IMG/VR virus record: IMGVR_UViG_3300042393_000544
Span: 34,114-98,113 of that record
Source: a virus
Lineage: Duplodnaviria; Caudoviricetes
Reading direction: 5' to 3' (one strand)
Length of the DNA: 64,000 nt
In this document: piece after piece, positions 48,716 through 57,795 of the stretch
How positions within the stretch are numbered: the first letter of the stretch is position 1
How the letters are laid out: each line of letters opens with the position of its first letter
Program-made: the position numbers and the translations under genes
The notes under the pieces: generated by a model
What the model was told of the DNA's origin: nothing
Database searches by the model: none
Seen by the model: only the letters and a program-made list of their open reading frames with translations

Positions 48716-49020
48716 AACACAAACATTACGATTGCATAGTTGCTTGGGCTGAAGGCAAGGATATTCAATTTAAGGCTTTTAGCCATAGTGAGTGGGAAGA
48801 TGTTGATATGAAGGGTGAAGAGTGGTATGAGCATTACACATACCGCATCAAACCTAAGCCCGATATCGTTAAACGTTTTTACTTGGAAGTAAACCCGTTG
48901 GTTGGGCATAGGTTCTCAGAGGCGTACACAGACAACGACCTGATAAACAAACATAGCTGCATCATGTGTACGTTTGATGGCGAGACTAAAACATTGAACT
49001 CGGTGGTGGTATTGAAATGA
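48712..49020 (+). CDS. Hypothetical phage protein
   Basis: KH...I.AWAEG..IQ...YRIKP pattern. Confidence 0.6.
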   Translation: MKHKHYDCIVAWAEGKDIQFKAFSHSEWEDVDMKGEEWYEHYTYRIKPKPDIVKRFYLEVNPLVGHRFSEAYTDNDLINKHSCIMCTFDGETKTLNSVVVLK

Positions 49021-49226
49021 ACGAACGATTAAAAGAGTTGGCTGTGCAAGCGGGGTTGCAACCGTATTACGATGCACAAGCAAAACAAATTGAACGCTTT
49101 GCCGACTTTGTGCGCCAAGACGAACGTGAGGCTTGTGCGAAAATTGCTCTTAAATATGAGCCAACTGAACGACAACCTTACGTTACTTATGCCGCAGATG
49201 AAATCAGAGCAAGGGGTGAGAAATGA
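49017..49226 (+). CDS. Hypothetical protein (ERFA..V...EREACA family)
   Basis: Motif also present in the ORF at 55370-55705. Confidence 0.6.
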   Translation: MNERLKELAVQAGLQPYYDAQAKQIERFADFVRQDEREACAKIALKYEPTERQPYVTYAADEIRARGEK

Positions 49227-49699
49227 GCCGTGAACTTATGCAGCAAGCGTTGGATGCGTTGGAATATCACACGATGCAGACTAAACCGATTAACCATACG
49301 GACAAAGCAATCGAAGCCCTTAAACAAGAGTTAGCCAAGCCTGAGCCACAAGTATGTTGTGGCGATTACGAAAAATGTTGGAAGGCGTGTACGCCAAGAG
49401 GTCGATGGTTAGCAGAGCAAGAAATAGTCAAGTCTGAGTCACACATTGTTAAGTGGTCAATACCCGTTGACCCAAATAATTTTGGCGAACCACTTGTACA
49501 GGTTAAGCAATCAAACTATAGCGACATTGTTTCTGATGGCGGCCTTGACCCACGCAATAAGTTTGACGCACCACCACGCAAGCCGTGGGTTGGGCTGACG
49601 GGAACAGAAATAAATCATATCTTCGCGGCAAATGTTGGATACCCCGAACGAATGTGTCTTGCTATCGAAGCCAAACTAAAGGAAAAAAACGGTGGATAA
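49223..49699 (+). CDS. Mosaic hypothetical protein
   Basis: QQALDALE...WVGLT..EI...IEAKLKEKN modules. Confidence 0.6.
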   Translation: MSRELMQQALDALEYHTMQTKPINHTDKAIEALKQELAKPEPQVCCGDYEKCWKACTPRGRWLAEQEIVKSESHIVKWSIPVDPNNFGEPLVQVKQSNYSDIVSDGGLDPRNKFDAPPRKPWVGLTGTEINHIFAANVGYPERMCLAIEAKLKEKNGG

Positions 49700-49832
49700 A
49701 GAATACGAAGAGATTAGCCGCAGGTATTTAGAACGCGCCAAAAAGCACACAGAGGAGTTGCAAGCGAAGTGGAAAGAGGCAATGGATAAGGCGATAGCAT
49801 TTCAAGAGGCGTTTAAACAGGAGAAGAAATGA
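49692..49832 (+). CDS. Small helical protein (not in the ORF track)
   Basis: GTG start after AAGGA; overlaps both neighbours. Confidence 0.4.
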   Translation: MDKEYEEISRRYLERAKKHTEELQAKWKEAMDKAIAFQEAFKQEKK

Positions 49833-50179
49833 AAGAACAAAAGTTTTTCAAGGGTGACTTGGTGCAGATCGCTGATGACCTTGGTGCGTCAATGCGCCAT
49901 TTTGCCAAGGGCTGCAAGGCTATTGTGATTGGCACTTATGCCGAGTTGTGCCATGACGATAACAATGTGGATGATTATCAGCTCTACATCCTACCCAACA
50001 GAGGTTCATGCGCTTGGTATCACGAGCATCAACTGACGCTGATCGAACCAAACCGCTATGACCTATTGCCAAAGAACAGCCGAACGCGACTCAACTGGGA
50101 AGCGCAACAAGCAAGAGACAATAAAACACAGTTTAAACACCAAGAATACACAATCACTTTAGGAGAAAAGAATGGCTAA
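49829..50179 (+). CDS. Hypothetical SH3/KOW-like protein
   Basis: F.KGDLV, AIVIG, AWY.E.QL. Confidence 0.5.
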   Translation: MKEQKFFKGDLVQIADDLGASMRHFAKGCKAIVIGTYAELCHDDNNVDDYQLYILPNRGSCAWYHEHQLTLIEPNRYDLLPKNSRTRLNWEAQQARDNKTQFKHQEYTITLGEKNG

Positions 50180-50420
50180 GTTACCTTACACATTATTAGT
50201 GCCGCCGCTGACCGAAGAAGACGAAGCATGGCAAGAGATAGAGCGTAAGCAACAGACAGACAAAGATATGGCACTGCGTCACCACGCAGCTAACCGAGCT
50301 TGTGAAGTGATGCGTGAATTAAGCATTGCCGAACTAAGTCAGATGACCATGCTCAGAGTGTTTGCATTGGGTTATCGTGCGGCTGTGCTTGACGAGCAAA
50401 GGAAGAAGAATGGCAACTAA
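50172..50420 (+). CDS. Hypothetical protein
   Basis: AGGAG RBS. Confidence 0.55.
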   Translation: MAKLPYTLLVPPLTEEDEAWQEIERKQQTDKDMALRHHAANRACEVMRELSIAELSQMTMLRVFALGYRAAVLDEQRKKNGN

Positions 50421-50619
50421 GAACCTAGCAGCACAGCTACGCGCCGCAAAACTACACATAGCCGTGCTTGAAAAAGAAAATGCAGATTTACGCAGGTCAT
50501 GGATGGAAGAATTGACTGCACGATCTCGTGAAAGCCGTGAGTTAGAGTTGTCATACGCACAAGGAATAAAGTTCAAAGGTGTCATTGAATATTTAGAGGA
50601 GAAATTGAAAGATGAATGA
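50410..50619 (+). CDS. Hypothetical coiled-coil protein
   Basis: Overlapping coupled ORF. Confidence 0.5.
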   Translation: MATKNLAAQLRAAKLHIAVLEKENADLRRSWMEELTARSRESRELELSYAQGIKFKGVIEYLEEKLKDE

Positions 50620-50929
50620 CATACCGCAGTTTGTAGTACCCAAGAACATAACCGTAGGTAAGGCTTTGCAAAAGGTCGGTAAGGCTACGGTTAGTGCCTT
50701 GGTCGTATTGACAGGCAAAGATATAAAGTCGGTGCGTAATGCGCTTAAAATTTTATACACAACCAACAAGGTTCACATTGGCAGCTACGAGTTGACCAAG
50801 CGTGGCAAGTTGTCACAAGTATGGCACTGGGGGGAAGGCGATGATGCAAGAGAACCTGTTGTCAGTAAACAAGAATTTATTTCACGACCTGATGTAGCAG
50901 CATCTTGGCTTACCCATGTACAGAAATAG
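50612..50929 (+). CDS. Winged-helix-like protein
   Basis: TVSAL...G....SVRNALK.L....VH. Confidence 0.45.
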   Translation: MNDIPQFVVPKNITVGKALQKVGKATVSALVVLTGKDIKSVRNALKILYTTNKVHIGSYELTKRGKLSQVWHWGEGDDAREPVVSKQEFISRPDVAASWLTHVQK

Positions 50930-51203
50930 GAAGTTACTTGATTTACTTAGAGAATCGCCATGTCAAGCGTGTGGCAAGAGTGACGGAACTATCGTGGCTG
51001 CACACAGCAATCAGCTTAGAGACGGTAAAGGCAGGGGTCTCAAATCCCACGACTACAGAACCGCCAGTTTGTGTTTTACCTGTCACGCCGAACTGGATCA
51101 GGGAAAATCCATGTCACGCCAAGAAAGGATAGAAATGTGGGAGGAAGCGCACCGCAAAACAATCGGGTGGTTGTTTGAAAACAACTTAATTGATCTTAAA
51201 TGA
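50916..51203 (+). CDS. Zn-binding HNH-like nuclease (DUF1364/YbcO-like)
   Basis: PCQACG...VAAHSN...GKG.G.K..D...LC..CH. Confidence 0.7.
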   Translation: MYRNRKLLDLLRESPCQACGKSDGTIVAAHSNQLRDGKGRGLKSHDYRTASLCFTCHAELDQGKSMSRQERIEMWEEAHRKTIGWLFENNLIDLK

Positions 51204-51310
51204 TGCAAATTGATATGAGAAGCATTCTATGGTATATTTAGCCTATCTACTCCTTAGATCCTTCTCATGTTTACCTAGCAGTTTCGTGAGACTGATTGGA
51301 TCCCAGATCC

Positions 51311-51340
51311 ACCCTCACTTTGCTGAGTGAGGGGTTTTTT
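51311..51340 (+). terminator. Rho-independent terminator
   Basis: CCCTCACTT-TGCT-GAGTGAGGG followed by TTTTTT. Confidence 0.8.
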
Positions 51341-51359
51341 GATATAATTGATGTACGAA

Positions 51360-51500
51360 ATGTTGCCTGTGGCGGGTAATGTTGAAAGCCGTTTTGATGT
51401 GTATCTTGTTTTTTGATAAATAGCCCGAAAGTATTTATCAAAGAACGGTCTCAGAAATGAGATGCCGCCACAGATACACTTCAAAGCGGCTTTTTTGTTT
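51360..51500 (+). ncRNA. C4 antisense-like structured RNA / attenuator
   Basis: TATAAT at 51343; 51385-51406 pairs with 51472-51493 around two hairpins; T-rich 3' end. Confidence 0.55.
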
Positions 51501-51740
51501 TACGCCCGTACTCCATACGATAACAAGCACCTAAATGGGTGGCGTGGAATGAAACATAGGCTCTACTTGCTCCCGTAGGCAAGCCTCGTGAACTTAAATG
51601 GGTATCACACAAGACTTGAGGCAAGTGGTGAGACAAACTCAAGTCGAATGAACATTATCTCCGGAAGGACTGGTATCGCATGATACGGGTCGGCGTGTAT
51701 AGCCCTGCTATCACCCTTGGTAGAACTATGACGGGAGCAA

Positions 51741-51768
51741 TTGCAATAAATTTGAAATTTGATACACT
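51741..51768 (+). promoter_or_regulatory. Sigma70-like promoter of the replication operon
   Basis: TTGCAA-16 bp-TACACT upstream of the ACTGCTAGGAGT leader. Confidence 0.5.
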
Positions 51769-51794
51769 AACCTTCCAACTGCTAGGAGTTAACA

Positions 51795-52616
51795 ATGAAA
51801 CGTCTTAACATATCCGCCATACGTATTGATGGTGGCACACAGCTACGCAAAGCGCTTAACGAAGACAAGGTTCAAGAGTACGCAGATTTGATGCGTGACA
51901 AGGTTGAATTCCCCAACGTCACGGTCTTCTTTGATGGTTCAGACTACTGGCTTTCGTCAGGTTTTCATCGATACTTTGCGACCAAGGCAATTGGCAACGA
52001 AGTCATCGACTGTGATGTTCGGGAAGGCACTCTCAGGGATGCCAAACTGTTCTCATACGGGGCTAACAAGCATGGTCTGCCCCACACTCCCGAAGAGAAT
52101 CGGCAGATTGTCCTAGACATGATTAACGATCCCGAATGGGGTAAGTGGTCAGGCGTTCAGATTGCCAAACACATTGGCGTATCGGGAATGACCATCAGTC
52201 GGATCAGAAAAAGCCTAGATGAAAAGCCCGGCGAAGTGACCTATATAAACAAGCATGGTCAAGAAGCCAAGATGAAACCAACGGGCAAAAAGGCTAGTCA
52301 AGAAAAGCCCAAAAAAGGCAAACCTGATTCTCACCTTAACACTGTTAAGGTGACCGATGACGATAGGGTTGGCGAGTTAACTAACACTGTGGTCAGTCTT
52401 GATGAGGAAAACACCCGACTCAAAGACATAATCTCAGCACAGAAGTGGGATGCTACGGAGATTGAGGTTGATGACATTCACGATACGGTCAAGCAATTGC
52501 GCGAACAGATCCGTGTCCTTGAGATAGATAACAAGGCTTTGCGTGATAGCAGAGATATGTATCAACAGAGGAACGCTGAACTGATCCGCCAAGTCAAATC
52601 TTTGACCAAGAAGTAA
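51795..52616 (+). CDS. ParB/Srx-like N-terminal domain with HTH and coiled coil
   Basis: TQ.R......V.EYA..M....FP.V.V...GFHR; IAKHIGVS..TISRIR. Confidence 0.75.
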   Translation: MKRLNISAIRIDGGTQLRKALNEDKVQEYADLMRDKVEFPNVTVFFDGSDYWLSSGFHRYFATKAIGNEVIDCDVREGTLRDAKLFSYGANKHGLPHTPEENRQIVLDMINDPEWGKWSGVQIAKHIGVSGMTISRIRKSLDEKPGEVTYINKHGQEAKMKPTGKKASQEKPKKGKPDSHLNTVKVTDDDRVGELTNTVVSLDEENTRLKDIISAQKWDATEIEVDDIHDTVKQLREQIRVLEIDNKALRDSRDMYQQRNAELIRQVKSLTKK

Positions 52617-52619
52617 GTC

Positions 52620-54101
52620 ATGGAATTAGAACTCAGAGAGCATCAACATGGAGTGGTCAATGCGCTTCGTCAAGGGTTTAAGGACGGACACAGATGCCAG
52701 TTACTCTACGCCCCGACAGGGTTTGGTAAGACCGAAGTAGCAATTTACCTAATGAAAGCCACGGCAGATAACTATAAAAAAGCTGCAATGGTTTTAGACA
52801 GAATAGTCTTGATCGATCAGACCAGTCTGAGACTTACAAAATACTCCATCGATCATGGGGTTTTACAGGCAGATCATTGGAAAAGAGACCCTGCCCAAAG
52901 GATTCAGGTCTGTTCTTCTCAGACAATTGAGCGGCGGCAGAACTTCCCCGATATTGATTTACTGGTCGTGGATGAGTGCCACATCACCCGTCAGCAGATC
53001 ACAGAGGTCATAAAAACGAATCCTAAGATCAAAGTTATTGGGCTAACAGCAACTCCGTTTACTAAAGGGCTTGGAAACATCTATTCCAACGTGGTTTGCG
53101 CCTCGACAACTGAATTTCTAGTCAATAACAAGTGGTTAGCCCCGCTCAGAGTGTTTATTTCAAAAGAAATCGACATGTCAGGAGTCAAAAAGGTAGCAGG
53201 GGAGTGGAGTCCTGACCAAGTTACCAAGCGTGGGATGCAAATCACAGGCGATATTGTTGAGGAATGGATTAAAAAGACCCATGAAATCTTTGGCAAACCA
53301 AGAAAGACAATCGTTTTCTGTGCGGGTGTGGCTCACGGCGAGGATCTAGTCGAGCAGTTTGCCCGTAAAGGATATAACTTTGTTAGCGTGTCCTACAAAG
53401 ATACTGGCGAATACAAACAAGAAGTCATCGATGACTTTGCCAAGCCCGACACGGAGATTCATGGGCTGATCGCTACGGACATTTTGACAAGGGGCTTTGA
53501 CGTACCTGATGTAATGATCGGGGTCAGCGCTCGACCATTTTCTAAGTCGCTTTCGTCACACATTCAGCAACTGGGCAGGGTAATGAGGTCTTGCGAGGGC
53601 AAAGACTTTGCCGTTTGGCTCGACCATTCGGGAAATTATCTCAGATTCAGGGATGACTGGGAGGAAATCTACGCCGAAGGGGTTAAGGATCTTGACGAAA
53701 TGGTCGAAAAGACCAAGAAAGAACCGTCAGAGATTGAAAAGGCAAGTTCTAAGTGTCCTGAGTGCGGGTCTTTGTGGGCAAAGGGCAGTATTTCTTGTGC
53801 GTCATGCGGATATGTCAGGTCAAGGCGCCAGATTGAGGCGGTTGAGGGTGAGTTAATTGAGTTAGGTTTTAACGACAGGTCAGATAAAACTTCAAAGCAG
53901 GACTTTTATTCGGAATTGCTCTACATAGCGAGGGAAAGGGCATACAACCCATACTGGGCAAACAATAAATATCGAGAAAAGTTTGGCGTTTGGCCTAGAG
54001 GAATGGAAGATGTTAAGCGAGTGCCATCAGTTGAGACTCAAAAATGGGTTCGTCACAGAGACATAGCTTGGGCAAAAACACAAAAGAAAATGAGGGCATA
54101 A
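52620..54101 (+). CDS. SF2 helicase (RadD/YejH-like) with zinc finger
   Basis: APTGFGKT, DECH, LTATP, GFDVP, QQLGRVMR, CPEC..CASC. Confidence 0.9.
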   Translation: MELELREHQHGVVNALRQGFKDGHRCQLLYAPTGFGKTEVAIYLMKATADNYKKAAMVLDRIVLIDQTSLRLTKYSIDHGVLQADHWKRDPAQRIQVCSSQTIERRQNFPDIDLLVVDECHITRQQITEVIKTNPKIKVIGLTATPFTKGLGNIYSNVVCASTTEFLVNNKWLAPLRVFISKEIDMSGVKKVAGEWSPDQVTKRGMQITGDIVEEWIKKTHEIFGKPRKTIVFCAGVAHGEDLVEQFARKGYNFVSVSYKDTGEYKQEVIDDFAKPDTEIHGLIATDILTRGFDVPDVMIGVSARPFSKSLSSHIQQLGRVMRSCEGKDFAVWLDHSGNYLRFRDDWEEIYAEGVKDLDEMVEKTKKEPSEIEKASSKCPECGSLWAKGSISCASCGYVRSRRQIEAVEGELIELGFNDRSDKTSKQDFYSELLYIARERAYNPYWANNKYREKFGVWPRGMEDVKRVPSVETQKWVRHRDIAWAKTQKKMRA

Positions 54102-54926
54102 ATGGATTTCGTCAATTTTGCACAGAATCACGGCTTGATCGTGAACCAAATAATTTACGACAAATGGGTGGCAACACCGACACAAGACCATCCACGGTCA
54201 TCGAACGGGAGGTATAAGTTTTTAGGGGATGTTGGTTGGGTCATCAACTGGGCAACAATGGAAAAGCCTGTTACTTGGTTTGCTGATGGTAAGAATGCTT
54301 CGTCAACGGAAGTAAGAAAGCGCATTAATGAATCAAACGCAGAGCGAGACCAACTGGCACAGAAGGCTAGGTCAAAGGCAGAATGGATTTTAGGTCAAAG
54401 CACCCTACAAACGCACCCGTATTTGGAGAAAAAGGGTTTCCCTTTAGAGCAAGGGAATGTTTGGGTCAAAGACGAGCAAAAGATTTTAGTCATTCCCATG
54501 CGGATCGATGGCAAGATAGTGGGATGCCAACTGATCGATCACGAGGGGGTAAAGAAGTTCTTGCATGGTCAGACGAGCAAAGCAGCAGTTTTTGCTATCC
54601 ATGCAAAAGGGACTCCGATATTGTGTGAGGGGTACGCCACTGGTCTGTCCATCAGGAATATTATGAAACAGATGAATCTGCCGTATACGGTCTACATTTG
54701 CTTCAGTGCAAGCAATATGGAGTTCGTAAGTCGGGGCATCGGGCAGGGGATCGTCATCGCCGACAACGATCCCAACGGTGTTGGACAGGCTGCTGCCGAA
54801 AAGACAGGCAAGCCTTATTGGATCTCCCCAACAATCGGGGATGATTTTAACGATTACCATATGAGGGTTGGTAACTTCAAGGCAAGTCAGTCGTTAAAGA
54901 AGCTGCTACTTTCCTTAAAAACTTAG
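54102..54926 (+). CDS. Toprim-domain primase
   Basis: HPYL..KG, CEGYATG, IADND, DFND. Confidence 0.85.
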   Translation: MDFVNFAQNHGLIVNQIIYDKWVATPTQDHPRSSNGRYKFLGDVGWVINWATMEKPVTWFADGKNASSTEVRKRINESNAERDQLAQKARSKAEWILGQSTLQTHPYLEKKGFPLEQGNVWVKDEQKILVIPMRIDGKIVGCQLIDHEGVKKFLHGQTSKAAVFAIHAKGTPILCEGYATGLSIRNIMKQMNLPYTVYICFSASNMEFVSRGIGQGIVIADNDPNGVGQAAAEKTGKPYWISPTIGDDFNDYHMRVGNFKASQSLKKLLLSLKT

Positions 54927-55158
54927 CCTCGACCTGCCTGATCCTTTCGGGGGTCAGGTCATGCTTTTTGCCAACTTCACGCAAAGGTCTGCCAGCAACT
55001 CGCGTTTTCAAAATACTCCAAATTTTGTCTTGCATGACGGGGTTGCTGCGTTTATACATGAGGTCAAAGGCTTCCCTAGTCGGAAAGTCAACCAGTTTGT
55101 AAGGGGCATCGCCCCCCACAAAGACAGGTACTTTGCCATTGCAGTCTTTTAAATTCAT
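54877..55158 (-). CDS. Stand-alone sigma-70 region 4-like HTH protein
   Basis: LREVGKKHDLTPERIRQVEAKFLRK. Confidence 0.75.
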   Translation of the reverse strand: MNLKDCNGKVPVFVGGDAPYKLVDFPTREAFDLMYKRSNPVMQDKIWSILKTRVAGRPLREVGKKHDLTPERIRQVEAKFLRKVAASLTTDLP

Positions 55159-55373
55159 TGCCCACCCCCGTCTAATGCAAAAAGCGCTGTGCCGTTATAA
55201 CCTTTTATCAATTCTTCCCAAATCTTATTTTCTGAGTCGTAGGCAAACACGCCAACTGGTTGTAACTTATCCAACTCATCAGCGGCTTGTCTGAAAGCGC
55301 AGGGATTAAATTCGGCGTTACACCGACCACCACAGGCTTCTTTAAGCAAATGTACGTAATCGTCTTTAGTCAT
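55155..55373 (-). CDS. Hypothetical protein
   Basis: Coupled ORF; C.GRCNAE.NPC. Confidence 0.5.
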   Translation of the reverse strand: MTKDDYVHLLKEACGGRCNAEFNPCAFRQAADELDKLQPVGVFAYDSENKIWEELIKGYNGTALFALDGGGQ

Positions 55374-55705
55374 TTCAAACCCCTTGCTTTGATTGCCGTG
55401 TAGCATTCTGTGTATGTTTTTTGGCGAGAAAATTTATTACCGCCGACAGTCGTACTGTTGTTTTCTACTCTGCCGTACTGGATAGGTTCAAGACACAATG
55501 CAGCACAAATTTCACGTTCATCTTGTCGTGCAGCCTCGACAGCATCACGCATGATCTTTAAATAATCTTCAGCGCAACCTTGACGTTCATCAGCCCGTAC
55601 CATTTCGGCAAAGCGCTCAAGATGATCGTGTCTACATTCCCACTTGTAGTCTGTTACATCATCAAATCCCGCCTGTATAGCAAATTCTTTTAATTTTTCA
55701 TTCAT
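55370..55705 (-). CDS. Hypothetical protein (ERFA..V...ER..CA family)
   Basis: Probable start MNEKLKEFA after GGAG; resembles 49017-49226. Confidence 0.55.
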   Translation of the reverse strand: MNEKLKEFAIQAGFDDVTDYKWECRHDHLERFAEMVRADERQGCAEDYLKIMRDAVEAARQDEREICAALCLEPIQYGRVENNSTTVGGNKFSRQKTYTECYTAIKARGLK

Positions 55706-55880
55706 TCTCAATCTCCTTTGGTTCTGTAATTTCCGTGACGCTATCAAAATCAAAGTGTTCTCTGAAGTCAGCGCCTGTCATGTCGCACAGCCCCTCATCA
55801 GCTAAGTCAATAGCTTCGTCTGCGTCATCGGCTTCAACTTCGATAACTAGGTGGCAGTGGTATCTAATTTCGTATTTCAT
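55698..55880 (-). CDS. Small acidic protein (IEVEAD..DEA motif)
   Basis: AGGAG RBS. Confidence 0.55.
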   Translation of the reverse strand: MKYEIRYHCHLVIEVEADDADEAIDLADEGLCDMTGADFREHFDFDSVTEITEPKEIENE

Positions 55881-56179
55881 GGTTTCTCCTTAAATTCTTC
55901 AGATTCTGTCGTTTTAATTTCAAAATAATAAGAATAATCTAGCGTTTTAGAGTCGTTAGGATCGTCTGGGTTTGCCAATATAAAGACGTTACAAAACACT
56001 TGGCTAGGGTGTTCTTCGTCAATCCAAAAACAAAGCTGATAATTACCCTTGTGAACCCATACGGTTTCGCTGTTTAACTCTGTTTCTACGTCTTTGAGTG
56101 CCTCAATAATTAAATCCATATCGGGCGCATCTGAATCAGTTTTATCAAATTGCGAATCTGTAATTGAATAGGTTTTCAT
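55877..56179 (-). CDS. Hypothetical early protein
   Basis: Coupled ORF; GGAG RBS. Confidence 0.55.
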   Translation of the reverse strand: MKTYSITDSQFDKTDSDAPDMDLIIEALKDVETELNSETVWVHKGNYQLCFWIDEEHPSQVFCNVFILANPDDPNDSKTLDYSYYFEIKTTESEEFKEKP

Positions 56180-56391
56180 CGTATCTCCATGATTCGGTAA
56201 TCGTGCGGGTCGTATTGTTCTTCTACAGCGCCATTAGTGAAAGCCTCATGGTTAGCTGCCAAGAAGTCGGTTAACTCCTCTAAGGCCGCTGTATAAGTCT
56301 TAAAGGTCAACGGGTGGCTTTCACCATTGACCTCCTCAGACCAACAGTTAATCCATCCATCAAGAAATGTATAAGTTTGTACTTCAAACAT
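56176..56391 (-). CDS. Hypothetical early protein
   Basis: FEVQTYT..DGW.NCW; start uncertain. Confidence 0.55.
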   Translation of the reverse strand: MFEVQTYTFLDGWINCWSEEVNGESHPLTFKTYTAALEELTDFLAANHEAFTNGAVEEQYDPHDYRIMEIR

Positions 56392-56671
56392 TTTTAACAC
56401 TCCAAGCCCCGTATTCCTTTGTTAAAGACACGCTCTCTGCCGGACTTTCAACGGTGAGGGGAAAATCGGAGGCTTTTACGATTCGCTCAAGGCGGAACAG
56501 GTAAACCACATTGCCCTTTTTCTGCTTCCACATCTCAAGCATATCGGCGTGGGCTTTCTCTGTACTGTCGGGCTTATTTCCCCAGTAACGACCAAAGCTA
56601 ACCTTATCCCTTTCGTCAGTCGTAAGGATTAGCAACTCATTGACTGCCATATTTTTGTGTAACGTATCCAT
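56384..56671 (-). CDS. Hypothetical early protein
   Basis: ORF within the dense leftward operon. Confidence 0.5.
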   Translation of the reverse strand: MDTLHKNMAVNELLILTTDERDKVSFGRYWGNKPDSTEKAHADMLEMWKQKKGNVVYLFRLERIVKASDFPLTVESPAESVSLTKEYGAWSVKNV

Positions 56672-56817
56672 TATTCTTCATCCTTATCTTCAAATGCATT
56701 CCACAATGATTCGTAGGCGTGATCCCAGTTTGTAAAATCACCAAGAGCTACCGCTGCTGTCGCTTGTTGTTGAATCATTGCATCGTCTGATTCTGATAGG
56801 TCAATCTCGTTGTTCAT
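56671..56817 (-). CDS. Small acidic protein (not in the ORF track)
   Basis: MNNEIDLSESDD...NWDHAYESLW; fills the gap, GAGG RBS. Confidence 0.5.
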   Translation of the reverse strand: MNNEIDLSESDDAMIQQQATAAVALGDFTNWDHAYESLWNAFEDKDEE

Positions 56818-57065
56818 CTCAAATTCCTCAATACAGGTAAGACAGGATTGTCTTCGTTACTGGTAAACAACGATCCACCGTCATTGCCTTCGTCATCGGC
56901 AGACGCATAGATTGCATTGCCATCGTCAAGCACCATGATGACAGGGCGGTGCGACCAACCCATGCCTTCCATTTCCTCTTGGCTCATATAACGCACCTCT
57001 GTGATTGTTCTGCCAAGCAATTGATCCTTGGCAATCTGTAGCCAATATTTGTTTAAATCTTTCAT
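56814..57065 (-). CDS. Hypothetical early protein
   Basis: L.GR.I..VRY...E...MGW...S.DDEGN.GG.L motif. Confidence 0.65.
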   Translation of the reverse strand: MKDLNKYWLQIAKDQLLGRTITEVRYMSQEEMEGMGWSHRPVIMVLDDGNAIYASADDEGNDGGSLFTSNEDNPVLPVLRNLR

Positions 57066-57238
57066 TTTGATCCCTTATAAATTGCATCATTCCAAAGACC
57101 GTACGCACCAAGCATGACAAGATCAGCGCCCTCCCAATTGCCTGTACTAAGCGCCTTACGCAGCGCCTCACGATCTGCCCCATTGGCATTAAAGTTTGCG
57201 AGGTAAGATTCGTAAAATGCTTTGTCATCGTTATCCAT
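57062..57238 (-). CDS. Hypothetical early protein
   Basis: Probable start MDNDD after AAGGA; resembles the C-terminal half of 58226-58549. Confidence 0.5.
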   Translation of the reverse strand: MDNDDKAFYESYLANFNANGADREALRKALSTGNWEGADLVMLGAYGLWNDAIYKGSK

Positions 57239-57392
57239 GATTTTCCTTTTGAAATTGATCCCATAAGTCTTTGTCAATGCTGATCCAAACACGGTTATCA
57301 AACTCATGCATGACCTCTGCATCTTCTAAAATGTCAAAAGCTAATTCGATTTGTTCAAAGTCATTCATGTCTTCCCCTTACCAAAGTGATTG

Positions 57393-57623
57393 TTATTCAA
57401 AACTTAAAAAATTAAACGGCAGCGGCGTTTCTGAAACAACATCACCTTTGCTGTTGTAGACGGTGATGTAAAAATTACAGTCGTCCTCATCAGACTTGAT
57501 ATGAACGTAGCCGCTTTGTTGAACGATTTCGTTGTTCGGTCTGTTCCACATATCAAACGAAACAACGACAGAACCATCGTCAAGTTCATCTTTGTTTAAT
57601 TGAATTTCATTTTCGATAAACAT
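57393..57623 (-). CDS. Hypothetical early protein
   Basis: GAGG RBS; beta-rich. Confidence 0.5.
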   Translation of the reverse strand: MFIENEIQLNKDELDDGSVVVSFDMWNRPNNEIVQQSGYVHIKSDEDDCNFYITVYNSKGDVVSETPLPFNFLSFE

Positions 57624-57790
57624 TATTCTTCCTCAATTTCGTCACAAGGTTCACAAATAAAAATAGGATATTCAGGGCGTACCTCGCAACGGTTGTACAT
57701 CCTGAACCCTTCCATTTCGGCTTCAACATGAGTATCGGCTTCGACCTCAATGTAGGCTTCTGTAGTCATCAAAACATTCCATTTAGGCAT
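57623..57790 (-). CDS. Small acidic protein (IEVEAD motif; not in the ORF track)
   Basis: MPKWNVLMTTEAYIEVEADT...; fills the gap. Confidence 0.45.
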   Translation of the reverse strand: MPKWNVLMTTEAYIEVEADTHVEAEMEGFRMYNRCEVRPEYPIFICEPCDEIEEE

Positions 57791-57795
57791 AGGTC

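Noticed and set aside
57480-57500. CTGATGAG on the minus strand in the leftward operon
   Set aside because: No downstream GAAA or flanking stems; explained by coding sequence.
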